Assembly: GCA_965263295.1 (NCBI GenBank)
Contig: OZ253665.1
Span: forward strand, 172,933 to 236,932
DNA: 64,000 bases
Direction of reading: 5' to 3'
Source: Spirochaetia bacterium
GTDB lineage: Bacteria; Spirochaetota; Spirochaetia; SP-2023
This document shows positions 43,947 through 53,076 of the stretch, piece after piece. The notes beneath the pieces are model-generated. The model was not told the DNA's origin. It saw nothing but the letters and a program-made list of their open reading frames with translations, and did not search any database. A program made the translations under genes and the position numbers. The first letter of the stretch is position 1. Every line of letters begins with the position of its first letter.

Positions 43947-45716
43947 TTAGTTTTCGGTCTTCAAACTTTCGTAGAGTTGGAAATACTTGCCACCCTGCGC
44001 CAGTAATTCTTTGTGGTTGCCTTCTTCAATGATGCGGCCGTGGGCCATGACAAATATGCGGTCGGCATTGCGCACGGTAGAAAGGCGGTGGGCAATGACA
44101 ATGCTGGTGCGCCCTGTCAGCACGGCTTCTACGGCCTGCTGGAGCAATGCCTCGGTCTTGGTGTCAATGCTTGATGTGGCCTCATCTAAAATTAAGACGA
44201 GGGGATTGTAGAGCAGAATGCGCGCAAAGGCGATTAGCTGGCGTTGGCCTAGCGACAGATTCACTCCGCGTTCGCCGATTACTGTATCATAAGCTTGGGG
44301 CTGCCTTTGAATAAACTCGTGGGCGTGAACCATTTTGGCTGCCGCCAGTACTTCGTCATCGCTGGCATCCAGACGGCCGTAGCGGATATTCTCACGGATG
44401 CTGCTGTTGAACAAAAAACTATCCTGCATCATCACGCCGACTTTGTGCCGCAGGTCACTTAGATCCAAGCCTGTGATATCTTCGCCATCGAGCCGGATGT
44501 GGCCTCTTTGAATGTCGTAAAAACGTGTCAGTAAATTAATGATGGTTGTCTTGCCGGCTCCGGTCTCGCCGACAATGGCAACTCGCTCGCCGGGGCGCAG
44601 GCTAAAGCTTAGGTCTTTTAGCACTTTAATACCCGGTTTGTAGCTGAATTCGACATCTTGAAACTGAATCTTGCCTTTGGGTTCTTTTAGGTAGCGCGGT
44701 TTTGCCGGGTTTTGCACGTCGATGGGGCGATCCAGGATATCAAAAACCCGTTCAGCCGCAGAGATTGCCTGCATGACTTGGCTGTAATATTGGCTCATCG
44801 CGATGATCGGTTCGTTGAACATCCAGGCGTACTGTACAAAAGTTACCAGGCCGCCGATGCTTATTAGCCCGAGCTTCAGCTGCTCAAAGCCGTAAATATA
44901 GGTGATCAGGATAGCTGTACCATTGAGCAGCAAGACCAGCGGTAAAACTATGTTGTTGGCCAAAGTGGCCCGCATCCACAGTCGGACACTGCTGTGCAAG
45001 TTGTGTTGCATGAGCTCAATATTGTCATCCTCGCGCAAATAGGACTGGTTGACTTTAATACCAGAAATGTTTTCCTGTAAAAAAGCGTTGACCACGGAAT
45101 TTTTTTGTTGTACCGCTTGCCAGCGTTCGTGGATGGTGGAGCGCAGCAGGGCGATAATTATGCTGATAAATGGAGAAGCAGCCAGAACGATCAGGCTTAA
45201 CTTAAGGTTTATTGAAATCAGAATGGCAAAGATCAGCACGATGCGCAGCAGGTCGATGATTAGGTTGACAAAGCCGTGCTTGAGGACCTGCTGCAGTTGG
45301 TCGGTGTTGTAAACAATGCGTACCATCACTTTGCTACTGGGCATCTGATCGTAGAATGAAAAGGACAGTCGTTGGGCGTGTTCAAAAGCTTGCTGGCGGA
45401 GTTTTTCGATGATCTGATTGCCGGCGCCAACCATGAGCTTAAGGCGGTAACGCACGCAAAGGCCATTAAAGATTACCAGCAAAGCATAAATGGCCCCTGT
45501 GCCGAAGACCCGAGGTATATTTTTGTTGGGCACAAAGTCGTCGATTAGCAATTTGGTCAGGTAAGGGCCCGCAAGTATGGCCAAGGCGCCCAACACCATC
45601 AGTAACAGGGCTAGAGAGATCGTGCCCTTATGTTCCTTGAGCAATCCGATCAGGCGCCACAGAGTCTGGACGCTCAACTCTATATCGTCTTCGTTCTCAA
45701 TTTGGTTCCCAGTCAT
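43947..45716 (-). CDS. ABC exporter, fused permease/ATPase (half-transporter B)
   Basis: Six TM helices, Walker A GETGAGKTT, signature LSLGQRQ, Walker B LILDEATS. Confidence 0.9.
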   Translation of the reverse strand: MTGNQIENEDDIELSVQTLWRLIGLLKEHKGTISLALLLMVLGALAILAGPYLTKLLIDDFVPNKNIPRVFGTGAIYALLVIFNGLCVRYRLKLMVGAGNQIIEKLRQQAFEHAQRLSFSFYDQMPSSKVMVRIVYNTDQLQQVLKHGFVNLIIDLLRIVLIFAILISINLKLSLIVLAASPFISIIIALLRSTIHERWQAVQQKNSVVNAFLQENISGIKVNQSYLREDDNIELMQHNLHSSVRLWMRATLANNIVLPLVLLLNGTAILITYIYGFEQLKLGLISIGGLVTFVQYAWMFNEPIIAMSQYYSQVMQAISAAERVFDILDRPIDVQNPAKPRYLKEPKGKIQFQDVEFSYKPGIKVLKDLSFSLRPGERVAIVGETGAGKTTIINLLTRFYDIQRGHIRLDGEDITGLDLSDLRHKVGVMMQDSFLFNSSIRENIRYGRLDASDDEVLAAAKMVHAHEFIQRQPQAYDTVIGERGVNLSLGQRQLIAFARILLYNPLVLILDEATSSIDTKTEALLQQAVEAVLTGRTSIVIAHRLSTVRNADRIFVMAHGRIIEEGNHKELLAQGGKYFQLYESLKTEN

Positions 45717-45717
45717 T

Positions 45718-47583
45718 TTATTCTACCTTGTGCACTTGCTGCTCGTTGAAAACTTGGGCATATTCTCCGCCCAATTTGAGTAGTTCGGCGTGCTTGCCGC
45801 GTTCAATGATGCGGCCTGCTTTCAATACGATGATCTGGTCACAATTCATCACTGAGCTGATACGGTGGGCAATGATAATGCGCGTGTGGTGTGAGTCGAT
45901 CATCTCCAGTTGTCGCTGGATTTCCTGTTCCGTTTCCATGTCGACGGCTGAGGTCGTGTCGTCCAGGATCAGAATGGGCGCCTCTTTTACTAGGGCCCGC
46001 GCCAGCGCCGTTCGCTGACGCTGACCACCTGAGAGCCCAATGCCGCGTTCGCCGACGACTGTCTGGTAACCTTGCTGCAGGGCGCCGATAAAACCGTGGG
46101 CCGCGCTGCGTTGTGCTGAACGGATGACTTTTTCCTGCGATATTGAGGCTTCATTGAAACTGATATTAAAAGCTAGGGTCTCCGAGAAAAGGAAGGGTTC
46201 CTGCATCACGTAGGATATTTGGGCCCGCAAGGTGCGCAGATCCCATTGCCGCAGATCCACGCCGTCCAGCCTGATCTCGCCGCTGTCTGGGTCGGCAAAG
46301 CGACAAAGCAGGTCGGCTAGCGTAGTTTTGCCGGCACCAGTCTCTCCAACTATGCCCAGACTTTGTCCGGCGGGAACTTTGAAGCTGATGCTTTGCAATA
46401 CGATCTGATTATTGGCTGCGCCTTTGTTTGCCGCTGGACTGCCGGCCTGTTGGCCCCAGGTCACATCGCGAAACTCTAGTTCGCCTCGGCCCAGTGGGAA
46501 CTTGGAAAAACTTTGTCGCTTTTGTTCATCGGGTCTTTGTTCATCGGGTCTTTGTTCATCGGGCCTTTGTTCATCAGGTCTTTGGGTTTTCGGTATATAG
46601 GGATGCTCCGGACTACAGATATGCAGCGGTGCATCGAGGATAGCAAATAAGCGTTCCGACGAGACGCGAGCAAAATTTACGGTATTGACGAGGTCTCCGA
46701 GCTGACGCATGGGCATGACGAGCATCCAGGTATAACTGGTAAACTGTACCCAAGTCCCCAGACTGAAATCTCCGCGGATAGCCATATAGCCGCCGACTGT
46801 CAGAGCTAGAATATTACTGAAAGAGCCGAGTACTTCAAGTATTGGCATGTATTTGGTCCAGAGGGCAACAGAGCGCTGACGGCCTTCGGTCAACTTGTGG
46901 TTTCTATGTTGGAAACGTTGAATTTCGCAGTCCTGACTCATGAAGTTTTGAATGACTCGTATCCCGTTCAGACTCTCTTGGGCAACGGCACTCAGCTTGG
47001 CGTAGGCTCTGCGGTTGTAGCGCTGCCGGACTTTGCCAATTTTTGCAAACCTGTGCGCAACCAGACCGATTACGGGTGAGATCGCGAGGCAGAGCAGAGT
47101 CAGGCGCCAATCCAGGTATAGCATGTATAAGCTCGCCAGAGGGAAGAAGATGATATTAAATATTATGGCCTTCATACCGTTAGATAGAAAATTTCGTACC
47201 TGTTCTATGTCACTGGTAGCACGAGACATTAGCTCGCCCACGGTATTGCGATGGTAAAAACTCATATCCAGCTTCTGCATGTGGGTAAATAGCTCAATCC
47301 GCAAGCGCTGGACTGTTTTTTGGCTGAACCATTCTGTGGACAAGTCGCGCAAATAAATGACTATAGCCAATGTAAAAAAGCTAGAGATCAGCACTAATAG
47401 TAGCCGGTAGAGTTGTTCCTGCCGCGCTTCGAGATCGGCCTGGCTTTTAAATACGGTGTCGATAATCTGGCCGGTAACCCAAGGGATGCTGATATTAGCT
47501 AATAGATCAAGGAATAGCATCACAACTACAAAAATCAAAAATCCCAGATAAGGTTTCATGAAAGGATAGAGACGTTTGAGCAT
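45718..47583 (-). CDS. ABC exporter, fused permease/ATPase (half-transporter A)
   Basis: Walker A GETGAGKTT, signature LSGGQRQ, Walker B LILDDTTS. Its stop is 1 nt from the downstream start (TAAaATG), suggesting a coupled heterodimer. Confidence 0.9.
   Translation of the reverse strand: MLKRLYPFMKPYLGFLIFVVVMLFLDLLANISIPWVTGQIIDTVFKSQADLEARQEQLYRLLLVLISSFFTLAIVIYLRDLSTEWFSQKTVQRLRIELFTHMQKLDMSFYHRNTVGELMSRATSDIEQVRNFLSNGMKAIIFNIIFFPLASLYMLYLDWRLTLLCLAISPVIGLVAHRFAKIGKVRQRYNRRAYAKLSAVAQESLNGIRVIQNFMSQDCEIQRFQHRNHKLTEGRQRSVALWTKYMPILEVLGSFSNILALTVGGYMAIRGDFSLGTWVQFTSYTWMLVMPMRQLGDLVNTVNFARVSSERLFAILDAPLHICSPEHPYIPKTQRPDEQRPDEQRPDEQRPDEQKRQSFSKFPLGRGELEFRDVTWGQQAGSPAANKGAANNQIVLQSISFKVPAGQSLGIVGETGAGKTTLADLLCRFADPDSGEIRLDGVDLRQWDLRTLRAQISYVMQEPFLFSETLAFNISFNEASISQEKVIRSAQRSAAHGFIGALQQGYQTVVGERGIGLSGGQRQRTALARALVKEAPILILDDTTSAVDMETEQEIQRQLEMIDSHHTRIIIAHRISSVMNCDQIIVLKAGRIIERGKHAELLKLGGEYAQVFNEQQVHKVE
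46522..46581 (-). repeat. In-frame 15-nt tandem repeat x4, encoding (RPDEQ)4 between the TMD and NBD of the ABC exporter
   Basis: Plus strand reads TTGTTCATCGGGTCT x4 with 1-2 substitutions. Translation: QRPDEQRPDEQRPDEQRPDEQK. Confidence 0.85.
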
Positions 47584-47821
47584 GAGCGACTCCCGCAGTT
47601 TTGGGTTAAAACTTTGAGATATAAAATTAGCCGTATCATAATTAATCGGCCAGAACTGGCTTGGAATGTATTGCGAATTAGGATTTTATGATAATTTAGG
47701 ATTTAACTAGTTACTGTGAATTAGAATGAGGTTACAAATACTTTTGCTGTGAAATTTGCTTAGAAAGTTTGAATCTGCAAATATAAACAATCCAGAAAAA
47801 ATTGAAATTATGGGTCATTCC

Positions 47822-47869
47822 CTTTTTTATCCCTGTAATTTATCCATAGATAAAACAGGGATAAAAAAG
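47822..47869. repeat. Long imperfect palindrome/hairpin (15-bp outer stem plus 6-bp inner stem)
   Basis: CTTTTTTATCCCTGT aa TTTATC cata GATAAA ACAGGGATAAAAAAG. It lies 10 nt beyond the rpsD stop, inside a ~300-bp AT-rich gap. Confidence 0.7.
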
Positions 47870-47878
47870 TTGTAAACT

Positions 47879-48499
47879 TTAACGCGAGTAATATTCAACG
47901 ATCATTTGTTCGTTGGCAATGCTTGGAATTTCTTCGCGAGTTGCTTCGCGTTTCATCTCGCATACTAATTCGTCGGCCTTTAGCTCCAGCCAGGCGGGAA
48001 CACTAGCGGAATTGTGGGCCATCGCTTCGCGCACGAGTTTGCGCGAGACATCGCTGTCCTTTACCGCAACCTTATCCCCTGCGCGCAGAGTCACCGAAGG
48101 AATGTTGACGCGGCGGCCGTTTACGTAAATGTGACCATGGCTAACGATCTGACGGGCTTGAGCGCGAGAGCTGCCCCAGGCGAGGCGATAGATAACGCTG
48201 TCAAGGCGGCTCTCCAACAAGATCAGAAAATTGTTACCCGTCAAACCTTGCTTGCGCTTTTTAGCGCGCTGAAATGTGTTGTAGAATTGCTTTTCGCTCA
48301 GACCGTAGCCGTAGCGCAGTTTCTGTTTTTCAATCAACTGGCGGCCATACTCCGAAACTTTCTTGCGCGAGCGTTCACCGCGACCCATGCCGGGTCCTTG
48401 GGGTTTCTTGCGCAAGAGGCGGTCATACTTGCGGTGACCGTAAACATTGGTGCCCAGACGGCGCACAATTTTACCACGAGCTTTGGTGTTTTGTGCCAT
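47879..48499 (-). CDS. rpsD: 30S ribosomal protein S4
   Basis: MAQNTKARGKIVRRLG…YGRQLIEKQKLRYGYGLSEKQF…LESRLDSVIYRLAWGSSRAQARQIVSHGHIYVNGRRVNIPS. ATG at 48499. Confidence 0.92.
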   Translation of the reverse strand: MAQNTKARGKIVRRLGTNVYGHRKYDRLLRKKPQGPGMGRGERSRKKVSEYGRQLIEKQKLRYGYGLSEKQFYNTFQRAKKRKQGLTGNNFLILLESRLDSVIYRLAWGSSRAQARQIVSHGHIYVNGRRVNIPSVTLRAGDKVAVKDSDVSRKLVREAMAHNSASVPAWLELKADELVCEMKREATREEIPSIANEQMIVEYYSR

Positions 48500-48659
48500 A
48501 GGATTGCATTCTCCTAGCAAATGTATTCCCGGCCCTTCTGAACTCCCACGAATTGCAAGGCAATTCGTGCATTCATACTGTTCAGGTCTATGGACCGACT
48601 GTGGGCAGCCGAAGGGACGAGTGGGGCCAAAATATAATTAAGTTCTTGTTTTTCGTCAA
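48500..48659 (-). promoter_or_regulatory. rpsD promoter (TTGACG-17-TATATT) plus a ~125-nt structured leader
   Basis: -35 at 48659-48654 and -10 at 48636-48631 (minus strand). The leader contains a perfect 10-bp hairpin CACGAATTGC-ctt-GCAATTCGTG (48547-48569), nested inside a CTGAAC…GTTCAG pairing. Confidence 0.4.
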
Positions 48660-48699
48660 GATACTGAACCTTCACCCCCACTGCCGTCAATACGCCTGC

Positions 48700-49131
48700 T
48701 CAATGGACTTTCAGATTATTGGGGCCAAAGCTTTCGGGCAGTAGCTGGCCCAGGTTGAAGCGGGCCCTGACTTTTTCTGGATTCGCTACCAGGACGTCCA
48801 GGCCCTCCGGGCCGGAAATTGTGGCAAATTCGCGCAGCTTTTGACGGCAACCGCCGCACGGAGTGCATAGGACTTCTCCCGCACCAACCAGCATTACGGC
48901 CTGAGCTTGGAGCTCTCCGCCCATTACCATGGCGGCCAGGGCCGCCGCTTCGGCACAGATCCCTTCGGGGTAGGCGGCATTTTCTATGTTGCAGCCAGAG
49001 TAGATTCGCCCGTTGCTTCCAAGTATTGCCGCGCCGACAGAAAATTGGGAATACGGAGCATAGGCCTTTTCAAATGCAGCTTTCGCCGCGCGGTGGAGTT
49101 TTGCAATTTCTTGTTCGCTTAGTTCTGCCAC
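48700..49131 (-). CDS. cdd: Cytidine deaminase
   Basis: YSQFSVGAAIL…NIENAAYPEGICAEAAAL…PCGGCRQKLREF. Confidence 0.9.
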   Translation of the reverse strand: MAELSEQEIAKLHRAAKAAFEKAYAPYSQFSVGAAILGSNGRIYSGCNIENAAYPEGICAEAAALAAMVMGGELQAQAVMLVGAGEVLCTPCGGCRQKLREFATISGPEGLDVLVANPEKVRARFNLGQLLPESFGPNNLKVH

Positions 49132-49147
49132 GGTTTTACTCCTCGGT

Positions 49148-51103
49148 TCAAATTACCACATTTACAGCCGCTTCAACGTGGCCAAAGGGTGCGCTAACTT
49201 GCACGCCTTGAATTGGCGCGCCTTGCCGTTTTAGTTTCTGCCAGGTCTCGCGGGCGATGGCCACGCCTTCGAGCAGCCCTTCTTCTTTGCCTTTGTGTCG
49301 CGCCATGCGTGCCATGATGTGCCGCGGAATTTCCACACCTGGGACCTCGTTGGCAAGGAATTCAGCGTTCTTGTAGCTGGCCAGTGGCCAGATGCCGACA
49401 ATGACGGGTATGGGGGACAGCCCGGCTTTGGCCAGTTCGCGCTCGCAGTTGTCGAGGCAACGCAACAGGACGTCGGTCGCAAAGACTGTTTGGGTGATGG
49501 CGAAGTCGGCGCCGCCAGCTACTTTGCGCACATAGCGTTCGACTTCAATTTTCAGGTTCAGTGCGCATGGGTTTAGGGCCACGCCAACGACATAAGAAAT
49601 GGACTTTTTCAGGGAGCTGGAGCCTATATCCCGACCGTGCTTTAGTTTTTGTAGGGCCTGAGTCAAGCCGATGGAATCGATATCGAAGACGCCGCTGCTA
49701 TTGGGATAGTCCCCAAGTTTTGGCGGGTCGCCGGTAACGGCGAGCAGGTTGCGCAAGCCGGAAGTATAGCTGCCCAGTAAGTCGGCCTGAATGCTGATTA
49801 AATTGCGGTCGCGGCAGGTATAGTGCAAAATAGTTTCAATGCCGACTTTCTGTTCAATTTCAATGGCACTCAGCAGTGGCGATATCCGCGCACTGGCACG
49901 CGGCCCGTCGGGAATGTTTATCGCGTCAATGCCGGCATCGTTGCACTGCCGCGCGTTGCGCAGCAGGCGGCCATAGGAGGGAGTCCGTGGTGGCAGCAGT
50001 TCGATAGAGCTGACGAGTTCGCCGGCAGCTAGTTTCGCACCCCAACGCGAACGCTCTGCCAAGGGAATCGGTTCTAGCATTTCTTCTCGGTTCAGCTGGC
50101 AGCTGGGCTGAATCTCAATATGTCGGCGGTCTAGCGAGCGCAGCAGCCGGGCGCAATCGGCGACGTGTTTCGGGCCAGTGCCACAGCAGCCGCCATAGGC
50201 GGCAACTCCGATCTGGCGGAAGCGCTTGCCATACAAAGTAAAATATTCTGGTGTAGTTAGATATATTGCACGTCCTCCGCTTTCCTGTGGGTAGCCGGCG
50301 TTGGGGCGCAGAATTAGAGGTTTGGGACAGTGCCCAATCTGCCGTTCGACAAAGTGAAAAAGCTGGGCGGGACCGAGCCCGCAATTAAGCATCAAGGCAC
50401 TGACGTCTTCGCATCTGCTGTATTGTCGCACAAAATCGGCAAAGGCATAACCGCAAGCGCTGATGCCCTGCTCGCCGATGGTCAAACCGAGAACCAGGGC
50501 CGGTTTGACGCCCGTAAGTTGGCTGTAAGCCCGGTATAGTGCCTTGAGTTCCTGGCCGTGGCTAAAGGTTTCGGCCAGGATCAGGTCGGCTGTTTGCTCG
50601 CCGCAGCACAAAGCTTGCAGTTGCTCGGTGAAGGCGGCCTCGACCTGGGCGGCCTGTTCGTCCTGCCAGATTTGGCTGGGCGTCAGGCAGGGGCCGACAG
50701 AAGCCGCCACTAGGTGGCGGCGCTCAGCATCCGTGGCAAACTCATCAGGGTATGCCGCACGCAGTTCGCTGAAAAGCAGGGCCAAACCCTCTCGGTTAAT
50801 TTTCAGGACATCGTTTTCCAGGCCGAAACTGGCTAGGCGAAAGCGGTTGGCACTGAAGGTATTGGCGGTCAGCACGTCGGCTCCGGCGGCTATGTAGCCA
50901 CGATGGACGCGGCGCACTAATTCGGGATTGCTGAGGTTCTGTCCTTCAAAGCTGTGGTTCAGCATGACACCTTCGGCATATAATTGGGTGCCGATGGCGC
51001 CGTCGAACAACAGGAATCCTTGCTGCAGCAAGGATTCCAAAAGGTGGCGCTTTCTGCCGATTTCTTTTCCTGAGTTTACTTTTTCGTCCAAAACTTTTTC
51101 CAA
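49148..51103 (-). CDS. Bifunctional homocysteine S-methyltransferase / 5,10-methylenetetrahydrofolate reductase (YitJ-like)
   Basis: N-terminal domain LLFDGAIGTQLYAEG…ANTFSAN…GGCCGTGPKH (Zn site). The C-terminal MTHFR-like domain has SIELLPPR, HYTCRDRN and VTGDPP. Confidence 0.85.
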   Translation of the reverse strand: MEKVLDEKVNSGKEIGRKRHLLESLLQQGFLLFDGAIGTQLYAEGVMLNHSFEGQNLSNPELVRRVHRGYIAAGADVLTANTFSANRFRLASFGLENDVLKINREGLALLFSELRAAYPDEFATDAERRHLVAASVGPCLTPSQIWQDEQAAQVEAAFTEQLQALCCGEQTADLILAETFSHGQELKALYRAYSQLTGVKPALVLGLTIGEQGISACGYAFADFVRQYSRCEDVSALMLNCGLGPAQLFHFVERQIGHCPKPLILRPNAGYPQESGGRAIYLTTPEYFTLYGKRFRQIGVAAYGGCCGTGPKHVADCARLLRSLDRRHIEIQPSCQLNREEMLEPIPLAERSRWGAKLAAGELVSSIELLPPRTPSYGRLLRNARQCNDAGIDAINIPDGPRASARISPLLSAIEIEQKVGIETILHYTCRDRNLISIQADLLGSYTSGLRNLLAVTGDPPKLGDYPNSSGVFDIDSIGLTQALQKLKHGRDIGSSSLKKSISYVVGVALNPCALNLKIEVERYVRKVAGGADFAITQTVFATDVLLRCLDNCERELAKAGLSPIPVIVGIWPLASYKNAEFLANEVPGVEIPRHIMARMARHKGKEEGLLEGVAIARETWQKLKRQGAPIQGVQVSAPFGHVEAAVNVVI

Positions 51104-51200
51104 CGGGCCGCAGTTTATTTGAGAGAAAATTGTACTTTAATTTCCGCGTTTGGTGAATATGGACGCAAAAACCCGAATCCGAAGCCTGGGTTGGCCGGCT

Positions 51201-51821
51201 TCAAAATCGGTAGCGGCTTTCCAGGGCGCGGGCCACACTCAGGCGGTCGGCATACTCAATATCTCCGCCGACGGGCAAGCCGGAAGCGATTCGACTGACC
51301 GCAATGGCTTCGCCGTCAACCTGGACATTGGCCAATAGTTGCCGGATGTAAATTGCGGTGGCATCGCCTTCGAGAGTGGGGTTGGTAGCCAGAATAATTT
51401 CGCGGAAGCCCTGTTGCTGGATTCGCCGCAGCAGGCGTGGGAGACCTAGCTGCTCTGGTCCGACGCCGTCAATCGGAGAAAGCGTGCCGTGTAGCACCTG
51501 GTAATAGCCGGTAAAAGTTTGCGCAGCTTCGATAATGTAGAGATCTTGAATATTTTCGACGATGCAAAGCTTTTCCGGGTCGCGTTGGCTGTCGGTGCAA
51601 ATATTACAAAGCTTTTCCGTATCTGGGCTAGTCACTTGCACATAGTTGCCGCAGTTTGGGCAGTGCTGGATTTGGCGGTGTAAGTCCTGCAAGCTTTTGC
51701 CCAACTGTCTGGCCAGAGCCGGCTCGGAGTTGAGGATATGAAAGACGATGCGGGCCGCACTCTTGCGGCCGATGCCGGGCAAGCTGGAAAATTGGCGGAT
51801 CAACGGGTCAAGCGGATTCAC
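51201..51821 (-). CDS. recR: Recombination protein RecR
   Basis: LIRQFSSLPGIGRKSAARIVFHIL, Zn finger CPNCGNY…CNIC, Toprim region EIILATNPTLEGDATA. Confidence 0.95.
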   Translation of the reverse strand: MNPLDPLIRQFSSLPGIGRKSAARIVFHILNSEPALARQLGKSLQDLHRQIQHCPNCGNYVQVTSPDTEKLCNICTDSQRDPEKLCIVENIQDLYIIEAAQTFTGYYQVLHGTLSPIDGVGPEQLGLPRLLRRIQQQGFREIILATNPTLEGDATAIYIRQLLANVQVDGEAIAVSRIASGLPVGGDIEYADRLSVARALESRYRF

Positions 51822-51893
51822 AGTCTTCGTCGTGCATTGGGGGGTGGCGATTGCCTGCCCAAGTTAAAAGGGGCCACATTGGGGAAAAGGAGC

Positions 51894-52190
51894 CTACTGA
51901 TTGCCAAACATGCCCATCAGCGGATTGAACTGGGACTGGATCTTTTGCTTGATCTTGTTCTGGGCATCCGTGATTGCCGCGGCCACGAGTTGTTCCAACA
52001 TCTCAACGTCGCGTGGGTCCACGGCGACGGGGTCTATCTTCACGCCCTTGATCTCCATGGCGCCGTTAAACGTCACCTTGACGAGTTCGCCGCCAGCGGC
52101 GCCGGTGGCACTAAGGGTTTGCAATTGGTTCTGTAATTCGTTGATATTACTTTTTAAGTTGGCCTGCTGCATTAGCTCCAAAGGATTCAT
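51894..52190 (-). CDS. ybaB: Nucleoid-associated protein YbaB/EbfC
   Basis: GGELVKVTFNGAMEIKGVKIDPVAVDPRDVEMLEQLVAAAITDAQNKIKQ. Conserved dnaX-ybaB-recR order. Confidence 0.9.
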   Translation of the reverse strand: MNPLELMQQANLKSNINELQNQLQTLSATGAAGGELVKVTFNGAMEIKGVKIDPVAVDPRDVEMLEQLVAAAITDAQNKIKQKIQSQFNPLMGMFGNQ

Positions 52191-52264
52191 AAGTTACTCC
52201 TGCTTGTCCTAGGTTTTAAAAGGATTTAAAATAAGGTTTAAAGATTTTGCGCGAATAATCGTTT

Positions 52265-53076
52265 TTATTCTGTCTTTCTATCATCGGCGCTGTAATGGAC
52301 TTCTTTGACTTGGGCCAACAAGACTTTTTGCAGTTTTTGGATGTCGGCTGGCAGCTGAGAATAATCCTCAAGTTGCTGTTCGCGAATTATGCGCTGTGCC
52401 ATGGCCGGATGATTTTGCTTGCCTCGTGCTTGCATTTGACCGGTTTGATTGAGCGCAAGCATTTGAGTCTCTCGCTCGCCGGGGGTCGCCCGTGTCTGTC
52501 CCGCGGGGGCGGGGGGACTTGCCTCCGTCTCTGGGCGCCGATTGGGGGCAAAGGTGTTGGCGTTTGATTGGCCTTGTGGCTGCGGGCCTGGGGCTTTGTT
52601 TTGTCGCTCTGGCCCAAGAATGGACGCCTGGTTTGAGAAACTGAGTTTGATAATCGTGGCCAGTTCGGTTCCGATCAAGACTCTTTGGAAAAATCGTAGC
52701 AGCAGGCTATTGCTATTTTTGAGTTGTTCTTGCACCTGCGGGCTCCGCACTGTAATGCTGAGGTTTTGATTTTCGCTTTGCCAAGTCCAGCAGGCTTCCG
52801 TCAGAAACTTGGCCAACTGGGGTTGCTTGTTTTGCAAGGGCGTTATTACGGCCAGACGTAGTGCCTCGTCAACGTTAGAATTGGACGCCAAAGAAGAGGC
52901 GTGCCGAGCGGACTGCGGTTTTGGGGAATCTGTAGTAGAGACGGAGACAGCTTTTTCGGGCTCTGATCTGGAATTAAGGCGGGCTGTCAGAACCGGGGGG
53001 GATTGAAGAGTAAGCTGTGATTGTGCTGTTAATGAATTAGTTTCAGAGGCAGTCAGGCACTCAGAGTTTTTTTTTT
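52265..53076 (-). CDS. dnaX: DnaX tau-specific C-terminal region, open in the -1 frame relative to dnaX
   Basis: Hand translation of the -1 frame from the A10 run is stop-free and joins the 208-aa track ORF (52265..52891). The sequence …EALRLAVITPLQNKQPQLAKFLTEACWTWQSENQNLSITV…LLLRFFQRVLG.. looks like the DnaX C-terminal domain. Confidence 0.6.

Noticed and set aside
51104-51200. Possible SAM (S-box) riboswitch upstream of the yitJ-like homocysteine methyltransferase/MTHFR gene
   Set aside because: The gap to recR is only ~97 nt and lacks the conserved S-box helices and kink-turn motifs. I only see a weak terminator-like hairpin for recR.
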